DNA of 63,692 nucleotides, counting the filler, from Octopus bimaculoides (Eukaryota), in assembly GCF_001194135.2 (NCBI RefSeq). It is 8 parts of 7 records of this genome, joined end to end, with 100 filler letters (N's around TTAATTAATTAA, not from the genome) between each part and the next. Parts side by side here need not be neighbours in the genome. Positions count along the whole stretch, not along the records: positions 49,422 to 53,018 come from NC_068989.1; positions 53,119 to 56,670 come from NC_068981.1; positions 56,771 to 62,207 come from NC_068989.1; positions 62,308 to 63,692 come from NW_026309592.1; 4 more parts are not named here. One strand, 5' to 3'. Made by a program: the position numbers and the translations under genes. Within the stretch, counting starts at the first letter, position 1. Each line of letters opens with the position of its first letter. This document shows, piece after piece, positions 50,885 to 63,692 of this stretch. A model generated the notes under the pieces. It searched no databases and had not been told where the DNA came from. It saw nothing but the letters and a program-made list of their open reading frames with translations.

Positions 50885-51290
50885 ATTTTTCTCATTTTAC
50901 TTGTTTTAGTCATTAGACTGCGACCATACTGGGGCACCTCCTTGAGTTTTTAGTAGAATGAATGAACCGAGCCAAGGACTTCTTTTCTGAAGCCTGGTAC
51001 TTATTCTATAGGTCTCTTTTGCCGAACAAACGCACTAACACCGGTTGTCAAGCGGTGAGGGAGGGACAAACACAGACACAAAAACACACACATAAATATA
51101 TATATATATATATATATATACATACATACATATATACGACGAGCTTTTTTCAGCTTCCGTCTACCAAATTCACTCACAAGGCTTTGGTTGGCCGAAGGTT
51201 ATAGTAGAAAACATTTGGTCAAGGTGGGACTGAACCCGGAACCATGTGGCTGGGAAACAAACTTCTTACAACATAGCCAAGCCAGCGCCA
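50885..51290 (-). mobile_element. SINE family B
   Basis: cttttacttgtttt...gactgcgaccat...gaacccggaaccatgtggctggga...; colinear with other copies. Confidence 0.75.
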
Positions 51291-51439
51291 TTTTATCTTT
51301 TCTCTTTTATTTGCTTCAATCGTCAGACTGCAGCACTGGTGGGGCACAGCCTAGAAGGGACCGAAATTCTGAGAAAGGGGAGAGATAGACAGAGAGAGAG
51401 AGAGAAGTAGATAAATAGAGAGTGAAGATATAGTGAGAG

Positions 51440-51483
<44 letters not shown>

Positions 51484-51796
51484 AAGAAAGATAGATAGAT
51501 AGGGAGAGAGAGTAGTAGATAAATAAACAGAGGGGTAGATAGAGTGATAAGAGAGATGGATGGCTGGATTGATGGATTGATGGATTGATAGAAAGAGAGG
51601 GGAAGATAGATAAACACATAGAGTGAGACAGAGAGATGTGGATAGATAGATGGGTAAATAGATAGATAATCATACGTATCTATATGCATGTATGCGTGTA
51701 TGCATGCGTGTATGCATGCGTGTATGTATGTATGTTTGCATGTATGGATGTATGTATGTATGTATGTATTACATACGTGTGTGTGTGTGTGCGTGC

Positions 51797-51834
<38 letters not shown>

Positions 51835-52769
51835 GTAGACAGACAGGGAAGTAAGAAAACAGATAGGTATGCGAATGTGCTGTGGTTAATTTTGTTATCG
51901 TCGAAGTAAACAATATTGCAAAGATGCAGCCGTCAGTCAATACTGTGTCCATTTATACATGTATGTCACTATGTGTGACGTGCTCACGTGTATGTGCGTA
52001 TAAATATATATATATGTATGTATGTATGTACGTATGAATGTATGTATGTATGTATATTACTGCGTATGTATGGCATATGTGTGTATGTATATGTAGGTAT
52101 ATCTCTATGTGTCCTTGCATACTTATGTGCTTTTCTGTAAGTGCGGTATCGCATGTGTTTGCACGAATGTGTGTATGTACGCATGCGTATTTGTATGTGT
52201 GTGTGCGTGTGTGAGCGCGCGCGCGTGTGTATGCAAATGCATTATTATGAATGATAAAATGAGAATAATATGGAATTAATTAAATTTCGGCAACTATTTT
52301 AGGTATGCATGTGTCGCCAGTTTAAAGATATATCAAAAACGGATCTCACCCACCCAGTCACCCTCCATCGCTCACAATAAAAATAGTGAAAGACTGGCCC
52401 AGATTAGAAGAGAATTGGAACAAACAACCAAATCCCGCCTCGATTTACCAATCCCACCACAAACCACCCCTACTTGAAAAACAACAAGAACAATAATAAT
52501 GATAATATTTATTTAATCTCAAGAAGGAATAAGGAACTAAATTTTTTTGGCTTCTTTGTTGTAGTTTGTTTATGAATCATTATTATTATTTATTTTTATT
52601 TATTTATTTATCTTTTTGGTTTATGTCATAAACTTTGAAATCAATCAAAATACCTTAATTGCGAATTAAAACCCTAAAGTTAAAGCCGCAGATCCCTTGT
52701 TCTATAGGGAGTTTTTTTGTATTTTCCTTCTCGGGTTTTTGAGAAAGAATTAAGGCAAATAAATGAATG

Positions 52770-52888
52770 CTAACAATGGATAATAATAATAATAATAATA
52801 ATAATGATAATACTAGTAGTAGTAATAATAATAATAACAACAACAACAATAAAAATAATAACAGAAATAACAACAGCAGCAACAACAC

Positions 52889-52929
<41 letters not shown>

Positions 52930-52930
52930 C
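52770..52930. repeat. (AAT)n/(AAC)n/(AGT)n trinucleotide array
   Basis: Direct reading. Confidence 0.95.
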
Positions 52931-55900
52931 AGAAAAGAATTTCAGGCTTACTATCTCAGAGTTTATGATCTCCCTGCCTCTCCGACTCCCTCTCCTACCC
53001 TATCCTCTCTCTGTCCCTNNNNNNNNNNNNNNNNNNNNNNNNNNNNNNNNNNNNNNNNNNNNTTAATTAATTAANNNNNNNNNNNNNNNNNNNNNNNNNN
53101 NNNNNNNNNNNNNNNNNNGTGTGTGTGCTCGCACGTGTTTCTATTACTTTTTATTCTTTATCTATTGCTGGTTTCCGCAATTGGATTGCAGTCATACGGG
53201 GTCGCCGCCTTCAATGTTTTAATCGAACAAATGGACCCCAAATTATATTTTACTGGTAATTGTTCTAACGGAGGATTTTGCCAAACCGCTAATTATGAGG
53301 ACGTAAGCACGGTCGTCAATCGAAATTGGAGGAGAACACAGACACAGACACATTGACATACAGAGACACAAAAGCACACACACGCATACACACACTCTTT
53401 AAAATGTCGTCTTAGACAGTTATGTATTTAGTAACTGATACCTGCTGCAGTAGACACGTAGCGTGATTCTGCAGTTATTTAACTTTATATTAGCTCCGAA
53501 TCAGGAGACCTATGACCATTTCGTCTCTTTTGAACAATGCGTGTATGACAAAGTTTATGAATGTATCGTATGAATTGCAATATCATAAGGTAATATATTA
53601 ATGAGCTTCTCAGTGTAATAGTGGCCACACAGAATCATCTTTATTGATTGACCTTTGTGCTGAAAATCTGGTACAATATAATCTGAATTTGATCAGTTTA
53701 ATATTTCCTGCCAGATACATGATTTATAAAAATGCATGAATATATCAATGTGAAAGAAAAGCATTTCTCCGTGGTTAATCTTTTAGAACTTGTGCAAACC
53801 CTCCTCTCACATTACATTCACTTCCGTAAAAATAATTATATATTCATTAACGTAACTTTAGACATATTTTCCATGAAGATTGAATGAAATGAGGTTCTCA
53901 CAACTAGACGCAAAAAAGCCAGCGGCTACAAACACATATTGCATTTCGTCAAACGGAGAGAGAGAGAGAGAGAGAGAGTGAGAGACTGAAGAGAGACATA
54001 GTATGAAAAAGAGATAATTACATAGATAAATATGAATAAATCTTACATATTCATATATGAATTTCACACATACATATGTGTGCGTGTGGTTGTGTGGGTG
54101 TATGTATATGTGTATGCGCGCGTGCGCGTTAGTGCGTGCATATGTGTGAATAACACAAGTTCTACAAAGAAACTGCTATTTGCTTTTTTATGTGTAATCA
54201 AAGCGAGGGAATTTTGCTGAGAAAGAGGCAACTTCAAACATATATAGAGGTTGTTCCGATCGAATCAATAATGAGAGTTTATTTAGTATCAACTTCACAT
54301 CATCTTGTTTCTTTACATTTTTCAAAGCATTTGACAAGTTGATGGATACTGCGTTAAAAACAATAGAAAAGTATATTTAAAAAACAGAAGAAATGTTGTG
54401 AAGTAAAATATTCTATGTGATGTAAGATATCGCCAATAAAATGACGCTGTTCTTTTATCTTTGTTTTTACTTCAGAGGGGAGCTGACTAGATTTTATTAC
54501 AACTTTCAAAAATATGAAAATATATATATATAGGCCGAAACGGCTATATCAGATTGGCATGTATATACATTTCGACGACTTCAAAAGGAAATCGTTCACT
54601 TATTTAACCCTTTCAAAAGTAAAGATTCAGTATGATTTATTTCATACTACATTCATATAGCAAAAGAAATAACGTACAGAAACAAAGCAATGGTAAAGGA
54701 AAATAAAATACAACTTGTAATAACTAATCCTTTATTGAAATATTAGCAGAGTAAATTTTATTCTTGTCGAGAATTAAGATATATTTCATATGAATATACG
54801 ATCTACATGCAAATAAAGTTATTTTCTGCAATTTTTCATTATACCATCATCCACAGATATATGAAAACATGCACACGTATATGAAAACAGGAAATGCTAG
54901 GTCAATATTTTTTTGAAATTATTTTATGATAACGTTATATTGCCAGATTGAATTGGTGACATGTTTTCCCTTCATCAGCTAACTGGGATTTAATGTTTTG
55001 ATTTTGGAGGCACAAATCGTCAAAACACATTATTTGCGATTTTTAATCTTATTTTCTTCTTCCTAGCCTAAGGATAAATAGAAGCCCATGCAATGCAATG
55101 TTATCATAAAGAAATACATGAGGATTCTTGACTAGTTAAAATAAACCATCGTATTGGTTTTCTTGTATTAGACCAATAGTCCTTATTATATTTTTCAGGA
55201 TGATTCCAACTGCTGCAGTTGATGCCTACCGTTTGCCTCTCTCGTAACCTACACAAGTCATGAGGAATAGTGGCACACTACAGCCGGTTAGATATTATGG
55301 TTGATTCAAGCTGCAATATTACATTTTTACAAATATTTGACTTTATTTTTCCAATTGTTGAAATCAATATTAACTCAGATATTTATTTTACACCACCAAA
55401 TATGTTATAGTTTGTGTTATTGTTTGGGTAAAGAATATCAGTGATATTGATTTAACAGTTCGTTTTCACTTGGCACAATTTTAGGTTTTATACTGTATAT
55501 TCAGAGTCAAACGTATCGATCAACGTTATTTATATTATCATAACGAAGGAGTGCAAAGAATGTAAATTTGACTATAGAAGATTTGAATTTTTTGTTGAAT
55601 GATGAATCTTAATATTTCAAAGCATTCTTAAGTCGGCGTACTGGCACTATCGTTACCACGCAGAGCAAGATGTCTTAGTAGTATTTAAGTCCGTTTTCAC
55701 ATGCTAAGTTCAAATTCCGCCAAAGTTGATTCCAGTTTTTATCGGTTCAGGGTGGATAAAATGAGTGATAGTTAAGCTCTGGAGTCGATGTGATCGTCTT
55801 ACTCTTCCCTTTGAAATTGCTAGCCTTATACCAAAACTTGAAATCGATATTTCAAAGCATTTTATCGCGTGATATGTCTAACTCGGTCCGCGTCTTTTGT

Positions 55901-56433
55901 CATGTGATCAAAACTATTTTCTGATGCATTTTCCGAAAATATAATGACTTTTTATTATCATTACTGAAATGGTTAATTGCTTAGTGGAAACATTCTCCCT
56001 TCTCATATATTACCATAAGTTTTCAGAACAGAATGAACATCATGTATTCCTAAACATATATAATTCTTTATTGCCCACAAGGGGCTAAACATAGAGGGGA
56101 CAAATAAGGACAGACAAAGGGATTAAGTCGATGAAATCGACCCCAGTGCGTAACTGGTACCTATTTAATCGACCCCGAAAGGATGATTCGGACTATCCTT
56201 TCAGTAAATAACGCACAGAGTACACTGGATACGATATGATATATATCCACATTTGCAACTACAATTATCTCCGGAAAATACCCACAAGGATTCTTTACAT
56301 GGATGTTTACTTTTGGAAGGGAACTATACTCTAAGTACTTTTTCTTATTTGTTTTTTTCTTCTACGCATCGCTTTCATTTCTTACTACAAATCTCCTCTT
56401 ATAGATGTAATAATCCATTCTTCTAATAGTACC

Positions 56434-56482
56434 GTCTCCGATGAAGGGATACATTGGATTTTCCATGAAACAGCTGTAAGAC
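56434..56482 (+). ncRNA. Minimal hammerhead motif with CCGAUGA core
   Basis: GTCT CCGATGA AGGGATACATTGGATTTTCCAT GAAAC AGCT GTA AGAC; same family as 27796 and 28029, on a different piece. Confidence 0.6.
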
Positions 56483-56576
56483 TTCATACATAAAATATAA
56501 TTCTAACTTTGCCATTGGTCTGTTTATCTTTTTTCTTTATTTATACATATACACACACACATACACACACACATAC

Positions 56577-56608
<32 letters not shown>

Positions 56609-57944
56609 GTCTGTCTGTTTGTATGTATGTATGTATGTATGTATTATGTATGTACGTATGCATGTTGGAGNNNNNNNNNNNNNNNNNNNNNNNNNNNNNN
56701 NNNNNNNNNNNNNNTTAATTAATTAANNNNNNNNNNNNNNNNNNNNNNNNNNNNNNNNNNNNNNNNNNNNTTGGCAAAAGAGAGACCGATTGAATAAGTA
56801 CCAGGCTTAAAAAGTAGGTACCAGGGTCGATTTACTCGGTGAAACCTTTCAAGGTGGTGCCCCAGCATGGCTGCAGTCCAGTGACTAAAACAAGTAAAAA
56901 AAAATTAAAATTAAAATATATTTATGGACAACTGCTTCAAAACCTGCAGTTTCTTTAATCTGATTGCAAATTCACATTGATACCAGTAATTATTAGCGCA
57001 CTGTTACGTTAGTCAATGCATATGTGATAATGTGAGAAAGCTTGAATTTTTGTACAAGGAAACAAAACGGCTAACACACACTTTACAGATAGAATCTGTA
57101 AGTGGCACTAACAATATGCAAGGGTTTTCTAAAGTTTGGTAAGTAACATAGTTGTTGCTCTCCAACTTCAAGGAATTGGTTCTACTTTTTTCTTTGCTGG
57201 AAGCCATCATTTTGCTTCTGTGAAGTACTCTGAACATCAATGTAAAAGCAAAGTTATGCATATCTGCTTATATAATATGCACGCCCAAAGTTGTTTGAAT
57301 GTATGCGCACATACGTGCGTGATTTTATACATAAGTGACTCTGAATTCTATAGAAAATCTAAAGAGTTAAAATTAAACGTGAGAATATCGCACTGCTAAC
57401 ACAAGATGATACGAAATGTTGACTTGTAAAACTTTTATATACTTGGTTGCATATTACGGTTGCAAAATGAAATACTGTGCCCTTGCCAGGAATTAATAAG
57501 TGTGTGTGCGTGTGCTTGTGTGTATACTTGTATATGCGTATGTTTGTGTAAGTGACCGCTTCCATTTGTTATGTATGCATGTAGTATTCGTAAGAATCAT
57601 ATTATATTAATACATACATATATTTACACATACAAATTTAAACATCTCTCTCCCTTTCACTCTCTCTGTCTCTGTCTGTTACTTTTTCTCTCTCTCTCTC
57701 TCTGTATATGTATGTATGTGTATGTATGTATTGGTGTATGTTTGTATGCATGTATCTATGCCTAATTCTACGACAGACTTCTGTATATTTCAGAGAATAA
57801 AAATTCTACTCACAGCATATTAATGAAGTGGAAGCTATAGGTAGAGAAACTTGTTCAGAGTGCTACGCAGTGGGAAATGATCCGGGTTGATGAATATAAG
57901 GTGCGGATGTATGTATATATGTGTATATATGAATGAGTATATAA

Positions 57945-58331
57945 TGGATCGTGGCATTCTGTCGGTTACGACGACGAGGGTTCCAGTTGATCCGATCAAC
58001 GGAACAGCCTGCTCGTGAAATTAACGTGCAAGTGGCTGAGCACTCCACAGACACGTGTACACCCAACGTAGTTCTCGGGGAAATTCAGCGTGACACAGAG
58101 TGTGACAAGGCTGACCCTTTGAATTACAGGTACAACAGAAACAGGAAGTAAGAGTAAGAGAAAATTGTGGTGAGAGAGTACAGCAGGGTTCGCCACCATC
58201 CCCTGCCGGAGCTTCGTGGAGCTTTAGGTGTTTTCGCGCAATAAACACTCACAACAACCGGTATGTGGATTCGAAGTCGCGTTCCTATGACAGCGAGTCT
58301 GCTGCCTTAACCACTGGTCCATTGCGCTTCC
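57945..58331 (-). mobile_element. SINE family C, near full-length with tRNA-like head
   Basis: Minus head ggaagcgcaatggaccagtggttaaggcagcagactc...cgacttcgaatcc. Body recurs at 481-710, 6955-7069 plus 7400-7620, and 27070-27390. Confidence 0.85.
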
Positions 58332-59128
58332 ACATATAATGGATATATGCATATATACGCGCATATATATGGATAAATGTATGGCTATAAATATGCGTGT
58401 GTGTGTGTATGTGTGTAATTCCTTGTTGTATATATGCATTTATAAATATGTATATAATTTATATATCGAATTAGTGCTTAAACACGATTAAAAAAGTAAT
58501 GTATCCACTATATTTAAGAGCTCAATTTCTAACACATCATTAAACTCCAATATATAACTATTACTTCAATGTAATAACCACGAATGGAATGAGTTTGCAT
58601 ATAAATGAATTGACTATATCAAATGTTCATTGCAGTGTATTTAGAAGAATAGAAAGCGAAGAATTCACTGATAAATCGTAATTTTATTCTAAGCTTCATA
58701 GCTTGTCTTCACAACCGATATAATTATATGATTAATATATAAAAATATATAATCAAGTATATGAATGTGGTAACCAAGCCGTTTCGTCAGGAAATCAAAT
58801 TGAAATATATTTTAAGTTTATTTACCGATGAAATGTTTGACTCATCTCATTCAGATTAATTACGTATTTTTATATTTTAATTACGTTAATTATTTGGATT
58901 TTGAGAGTAGAGACAGCTGCAGCACTTAGAATGAAATTTATGAAATAACAGTGAAATTCTTGCATTTTGTTATCCTACAAATGTATGTTTGTATGTATGT
59001 ATGTATTATGCACGTATGTATGTATGTATGCATGTATGTATGTATGTATGTATGTATGTATGTATGCATGCATGCATGTATGTATGAATGGATGGATGTA
59101 NNNNNNNNNNTGTATGTATGAATGGATG

Positions 59129-59177
<49 letters not shown>

Positions 59178-59229
59178 GTGCGTATATGGGTGTATATACT
59201 TGTATATATAAATACGTACGTATATGTTG

Positions 59230-59263
<34 letters not shown>

Positions 59264-59390
59264 ATATGTATATGTATATAGATATAAATGTATACACACG
59301 TTTGAATGTATATATACATGCATATATATATATATATATATGTAAATATTTGTATACATATGTATACATATAAATATATGCATATACATT

Positions 59391-59453
<63 letters not shown>

Positions 59454-60134
59454 NNNNNNNNNNNNNNNNNNNNNNNNNNNNNNNNNNNNNNNNNNNNNNN
59501 NNNNNNNNNNNNNNNNNNNNNNNNNNNNNNNNNNNNNNNNNNNNNNNNNNNNNNNNNNNNNNNNNNNNNNNNNNNNNNNNNNNNNNNNNNNNNNNNNNNN
59601 NNNNNNNNNNNNNNNNNNNNNNNNNNNNNNNNNNNNNNNNNNNNNNNNNNNNNNNNNNNNNNNNNNNNNNNNNNNNNNNNNNNNNNNNNNNNNNNNNNNN
59701 NNNNNNNNNNNNNNNNNNNNNNNNNNNNNNNNNNNNNNNNNNNNNNNNNNNNNNNNNNNNNNNNNNNNNNNNNNNNNNNNNNNNNNNNNNNNNNNNNNNN
59801 NNNNNNNNNNNNNNNNNNNNNNNNNNNNNNNNNNNNNNNNNNNNNNNNNNNNNNNNNNCAGTTTTATGAAAGGAGACATATAAGAAGTATATTTGACCGA
59901 CTTCCGTTGAATTGACTGTAAACTGTTGTTATGTTGCTGGCGGACATTATTATTAGGGAGCGAAGGACGGGGGTGCGCCTATCCATTTTTAACTCATTTA
60001 CTCATTTATTCACACACATACAAACACACTCACATAAACACACACGCACACACAGAGGCACAGGTATATACATATACGCATGTGAATGACGACAGATACA
60101 TGTATTAATGTGTGTGTGTGTATGTGTGTATGTG

Positions 60135-60166
<32 letters not shown>

Positions 60167-60310
60167 TATATACACAGGCGTCTGTATAGCAATTTACACA
60201 CACAACACACAACACACACTTATACATGTACACACACACATGCAGACAGGTATACACATAGACGTATACGAACAACGAACGATACATACATGAATAAATA
60301 TTAATGCAAT

Positions 60311-60355
<45 letters not shown>

Positions 60356-60615
60356 AGATACATAGGCGTCTTAATAATAGTCATTAGCACACATGCACAC
60401 ACACATAGCACTCTCCATCATCATAAACGCATACATACGCGGATCTTTGCCAACACACACGCTCACACACGCTCACACACACACATGCACTCACACACAC
60501 ATGCACTCACACACACATGCACTCACACACACTCAAACGTCTGCATAATTATACATCTACCCATAAGCACATTTTACATTGCACATACATACATACATAC
60601 ATACATACATATGTA

Positions 60616-60679
<64 letters not shown>

Positions 60680-61296
60680 CACACGTACACGGATGTCGGT
60701 ATGTATATTTATATACATATTTACTGTTATTTTGCATATATTTTAATATAATTATGAGAAATACCGTCAGTTTTTGGCAGAACATAATTTTGGTAAAATA
60801 AAATCTGTTCGATTTCAGACAGACCCATTCCACTGTCCCATGTCACAGCTACGGTTTACCAGAAGGAATCAACAGGTTTGGACCAACGGACGAACCTGTA
60901 TGTAGTTACTAAATCTCCCTAAGCTCACAACAGGTTGTCACTTTAAACGACGTGGACTTTAATTCTCTGGACATTGATGGGGAAAATAAGCGGGATGATC
61001 ATGGCTGGAAGTACTTCGATCATAGGCCTGCTTAGCCAGGGCTGACTTGGTGCTAAATACCAACAACAACAATAGCTTTGGGAAGGCAACGATTTAAGTG
61101 AAGGAATGCTGTTGAAGGGGTATCGTTGGCTGCATCAATGTAATTGCTGTTCCTTAAAATGTCATTTTCCTCCATGAACATAATCAAGCTTATTTCGGGG
61201 TAAATCCTACAATGACATTTGTTGTCTGGGAGATAAGTTTCTGATGTTTATTATAAGACAGGTTTCTGGTATATTATTTTTTATAAGGGTTAGTTT

Positions 61297-61725
61297 CTTA
61301 TTTCTTTATTGCCCACAAAGGACTAGACATAGAGGGGACAAACAAGGACAGACAAAGGGATTAAGTCGATTACATCGACTCCAGTGAATAACTGGTACTT
61401 AATTTATCGACCCAGAAAGGATGAAAGGCAAAGTCGACCTCGACAGAATTTGAACGTAACAGCAGACGAAATACCGCTAAGCATTTCGCCCGGCGTTCTA
61501 ACGTTTCTTATTTCTTTATTGCCCACAAGGGGCGAAACACAGAGGAGACAAACAAGGACAGACAGAGGGATTAGGTCGATTACATCGACCCCAGTGCGTA
61601 ACTGGTACTTAATTTATCGACCAGAAAGGATGAAAGGCAAAGTCGACCTCGGTGGAATTTGAACTCAGAACGTCACGGCAGACGAAATAGCGCCAAGCGT
61701 TTCGCCCGGCGTGCTAACGTTTCTG
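61297..61725 (-). mobile_element. Tandem pair of SINE family A
   Basis: tttcttatttctttattgcccaca...gcatttcgcccggcg repeated at about 61302 and 61505. Confidence 0.85.
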
Positions 61726-62052
61726 AGTTATAAGGGTTAGTTTCTGTCTTATAGACAGAACATCACGTACCCTCTTTCAGCTTTTATGTCATCTTAACAC
61801 TTGTAATAAAAAAAAAAGCTTTAGATCAGTGGTTCTCAGCTGGGTTCATATGGTTCTCGGGGGACCACATGACCCTCGGGAGTCCTTATAAAATTTTGTT
61901 ATTAAAATTCATGGGCAATAAATTGCGTATACAGTTCTATATTTAAGAGATGACGAATTATGTACATTATTTAAATTATTTACATTTGACGGATATTTGT
62001 CATCTTGTTTGTTGTTAGCACAACGTTTGGGCTGATATACCCTTCAGCATAT

Positions 62053-62100
62053 GGCGCGGACTGCTAACCCCAACATTCCGAGTTCGATTCCAGGCAGTGA

Positions 62101-62142
<42 letters not shown>

Positions 62143-62190
62143 CAACAACATCGAAAATAATAATAATATAATAATAAAAATAATAATAAT
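62053..62190 (+). mobile_element. 5'-truncated tRNA-Ser(GCT)-like SINE with (AAT)n tail
   Basis: ggactGCTaacccc anticodon-loop-like, ccgagttcgattcc T-loop, then a long AAT tail; no acceptor stem or A box. Confidence 0.5.
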
Positions 62191-62307
62191 AGATATGAAC
62201 GTGAGTANNNNNNNNNNNNNNNNNNNNNNNNNNNNNNNNNNNNNNNNNNNNTTAATTAATTAANNNNNNNNNNNNNNNNNNNNNNNNNNNNNNNNNNNNN
62301 NNNNNNN

Positions 62308-63692
62308 AAATAAATATATATATGTATAAATAAATATATATAAATAAATATATATATATAAATAATTATATATAACTAAATATATATATAAAATAATATA
62401 AACAAATATTTATATATATAAATAAATATATATATAAATAAATAAATATATATATATAAATAAATAAATATATATATAAATAAATACATATAAATAAATA
62501 TATATATGTAAAATATATAAAAATAAATAAATATATATATATAAATAGATATTTATATAAATAAATATGTATAAATAAATATATATAAGTAGATATATAT
62601 ATATATATAAATAAATATATATAAATAAAAATATATATATATATATATAAATATATATAAATAAAAATATATATATAAATAAATATGTATAAATAAATAT
62701 ATATAAATAAATATATATAAATAAATAAATATATATATATATAAATAAATATATATATAAATAATTATATATATAAATATAAATAAATATATATATAAAT
62801 AATTATATATATAAATAATTATATATATATATAAATAAATATATATTTATATATAAATAAATATAGATAAATAAATATACATATAAAAAATATATAAAAA
62901 TAAATAAATATATATATATAAATAAATATATATCAATAATTATATATATGTAAATAAATATATATATGTAAATAAATATATATAAGTAAATATATTTATA
63001 TATAAATAAATATATATAAATAAATATATATAAATAAATATATATATATATATGAATAAATAAATATATATTTATATAAATAAAATATATATGTAAATAA
63101 ATATATATATAAATAAATATATATATAAATAAATATATATAAAAATATATATATATAAATATAAATAAATATAAATATATAAATAAATATAAATATATAA
63201 ATAAATATAAATATATAAATAAATGTATATAAATAAATATATATTTAAATTAATATATATAAATAAATATATATATATATAAATAAATATATTTTAATAA
63301 ATATATATAAAAAGATATCTTAAATAAATATATGTAAATAAATAAATATATATATATATAAAAATATATAGTTATATAAATAAATATATATATATATAAA
63401 TAAATATATATATAAATACATAAATATATATAAAAATAAATATATATAAATAAATATATATTTATATATAAACAAATATAAATAAAAAAATATATATATA
63501 AAAAATATATAAAAACAAATAAATATATATATACAAATAGATATTTATATAAATAAATATATATATATAAATAGATATTTATATTAATAAATATGTATAA
63601 ATAAATATATATATGTAAATAAATATACATAAATAAATATATATATATAAATAAATATACATAAATAAATATATATATATAAATAAATATAT
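62308..63692. repeat. Almost pure A/T low-complexity satellite (ATAAATAAATAT-like)
   Basis: About 1.4 kb with only scattered G/C. Confidence 0.95.

Noticed and set aside
58230-58331. tRNA gene candidates (also 24169-24240, 6960-7035, 62053-62100)
   Set aside because: They have A/B-box remnants but no complete cloverleaf, and are attached to repeat bodies, so they are SINE heads.

Overview
AT-rich, repeat-dense eukaryotic DNA, inferred to be octopus (cephalopod-type protocadherin, tRNA-derived SINE families, abundant microsatellites). The window is not one continuous locus: seven identical artificial 100-bp spacers (44 N + TTAATTAATTAA + 44 N) split it into eight pieces, so adjacency across them cannot be trusted. 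Piece 1 (1-17536) carries six minus-strand exons of an unconventional myosin motor domain most like myosin XV; all have GT-AG boundaries and join in one open frame. Piece 4 (43078-49321) carries the 3' exons of one probable protocadherin, then a candidate 5'UTR exon and the ectodomain exon of a second protocadherin, broken by gaps. The rest is mobile-element debris: four SINE-like families, mariner remnants and MITEs, hAT-like MITEs with TSDs, RTE and L2/CR1-like LINE fragments, and a DINE-1-like element. The most notable non-genic signals are eight hammerhead-ribozyme-like motifs of the minimal Penelope type (two divergent inverted pairs, three copies with a CCGAUGA core), a near-perfect 360-bp foldback beside one pair, a duplicated ~450-500-bp non-coding block, and a CpG-decay contrast between intronic and other SINE copies. 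I see no evidence for a wholly new multi-gene system. All folds and alignments were done by eye.
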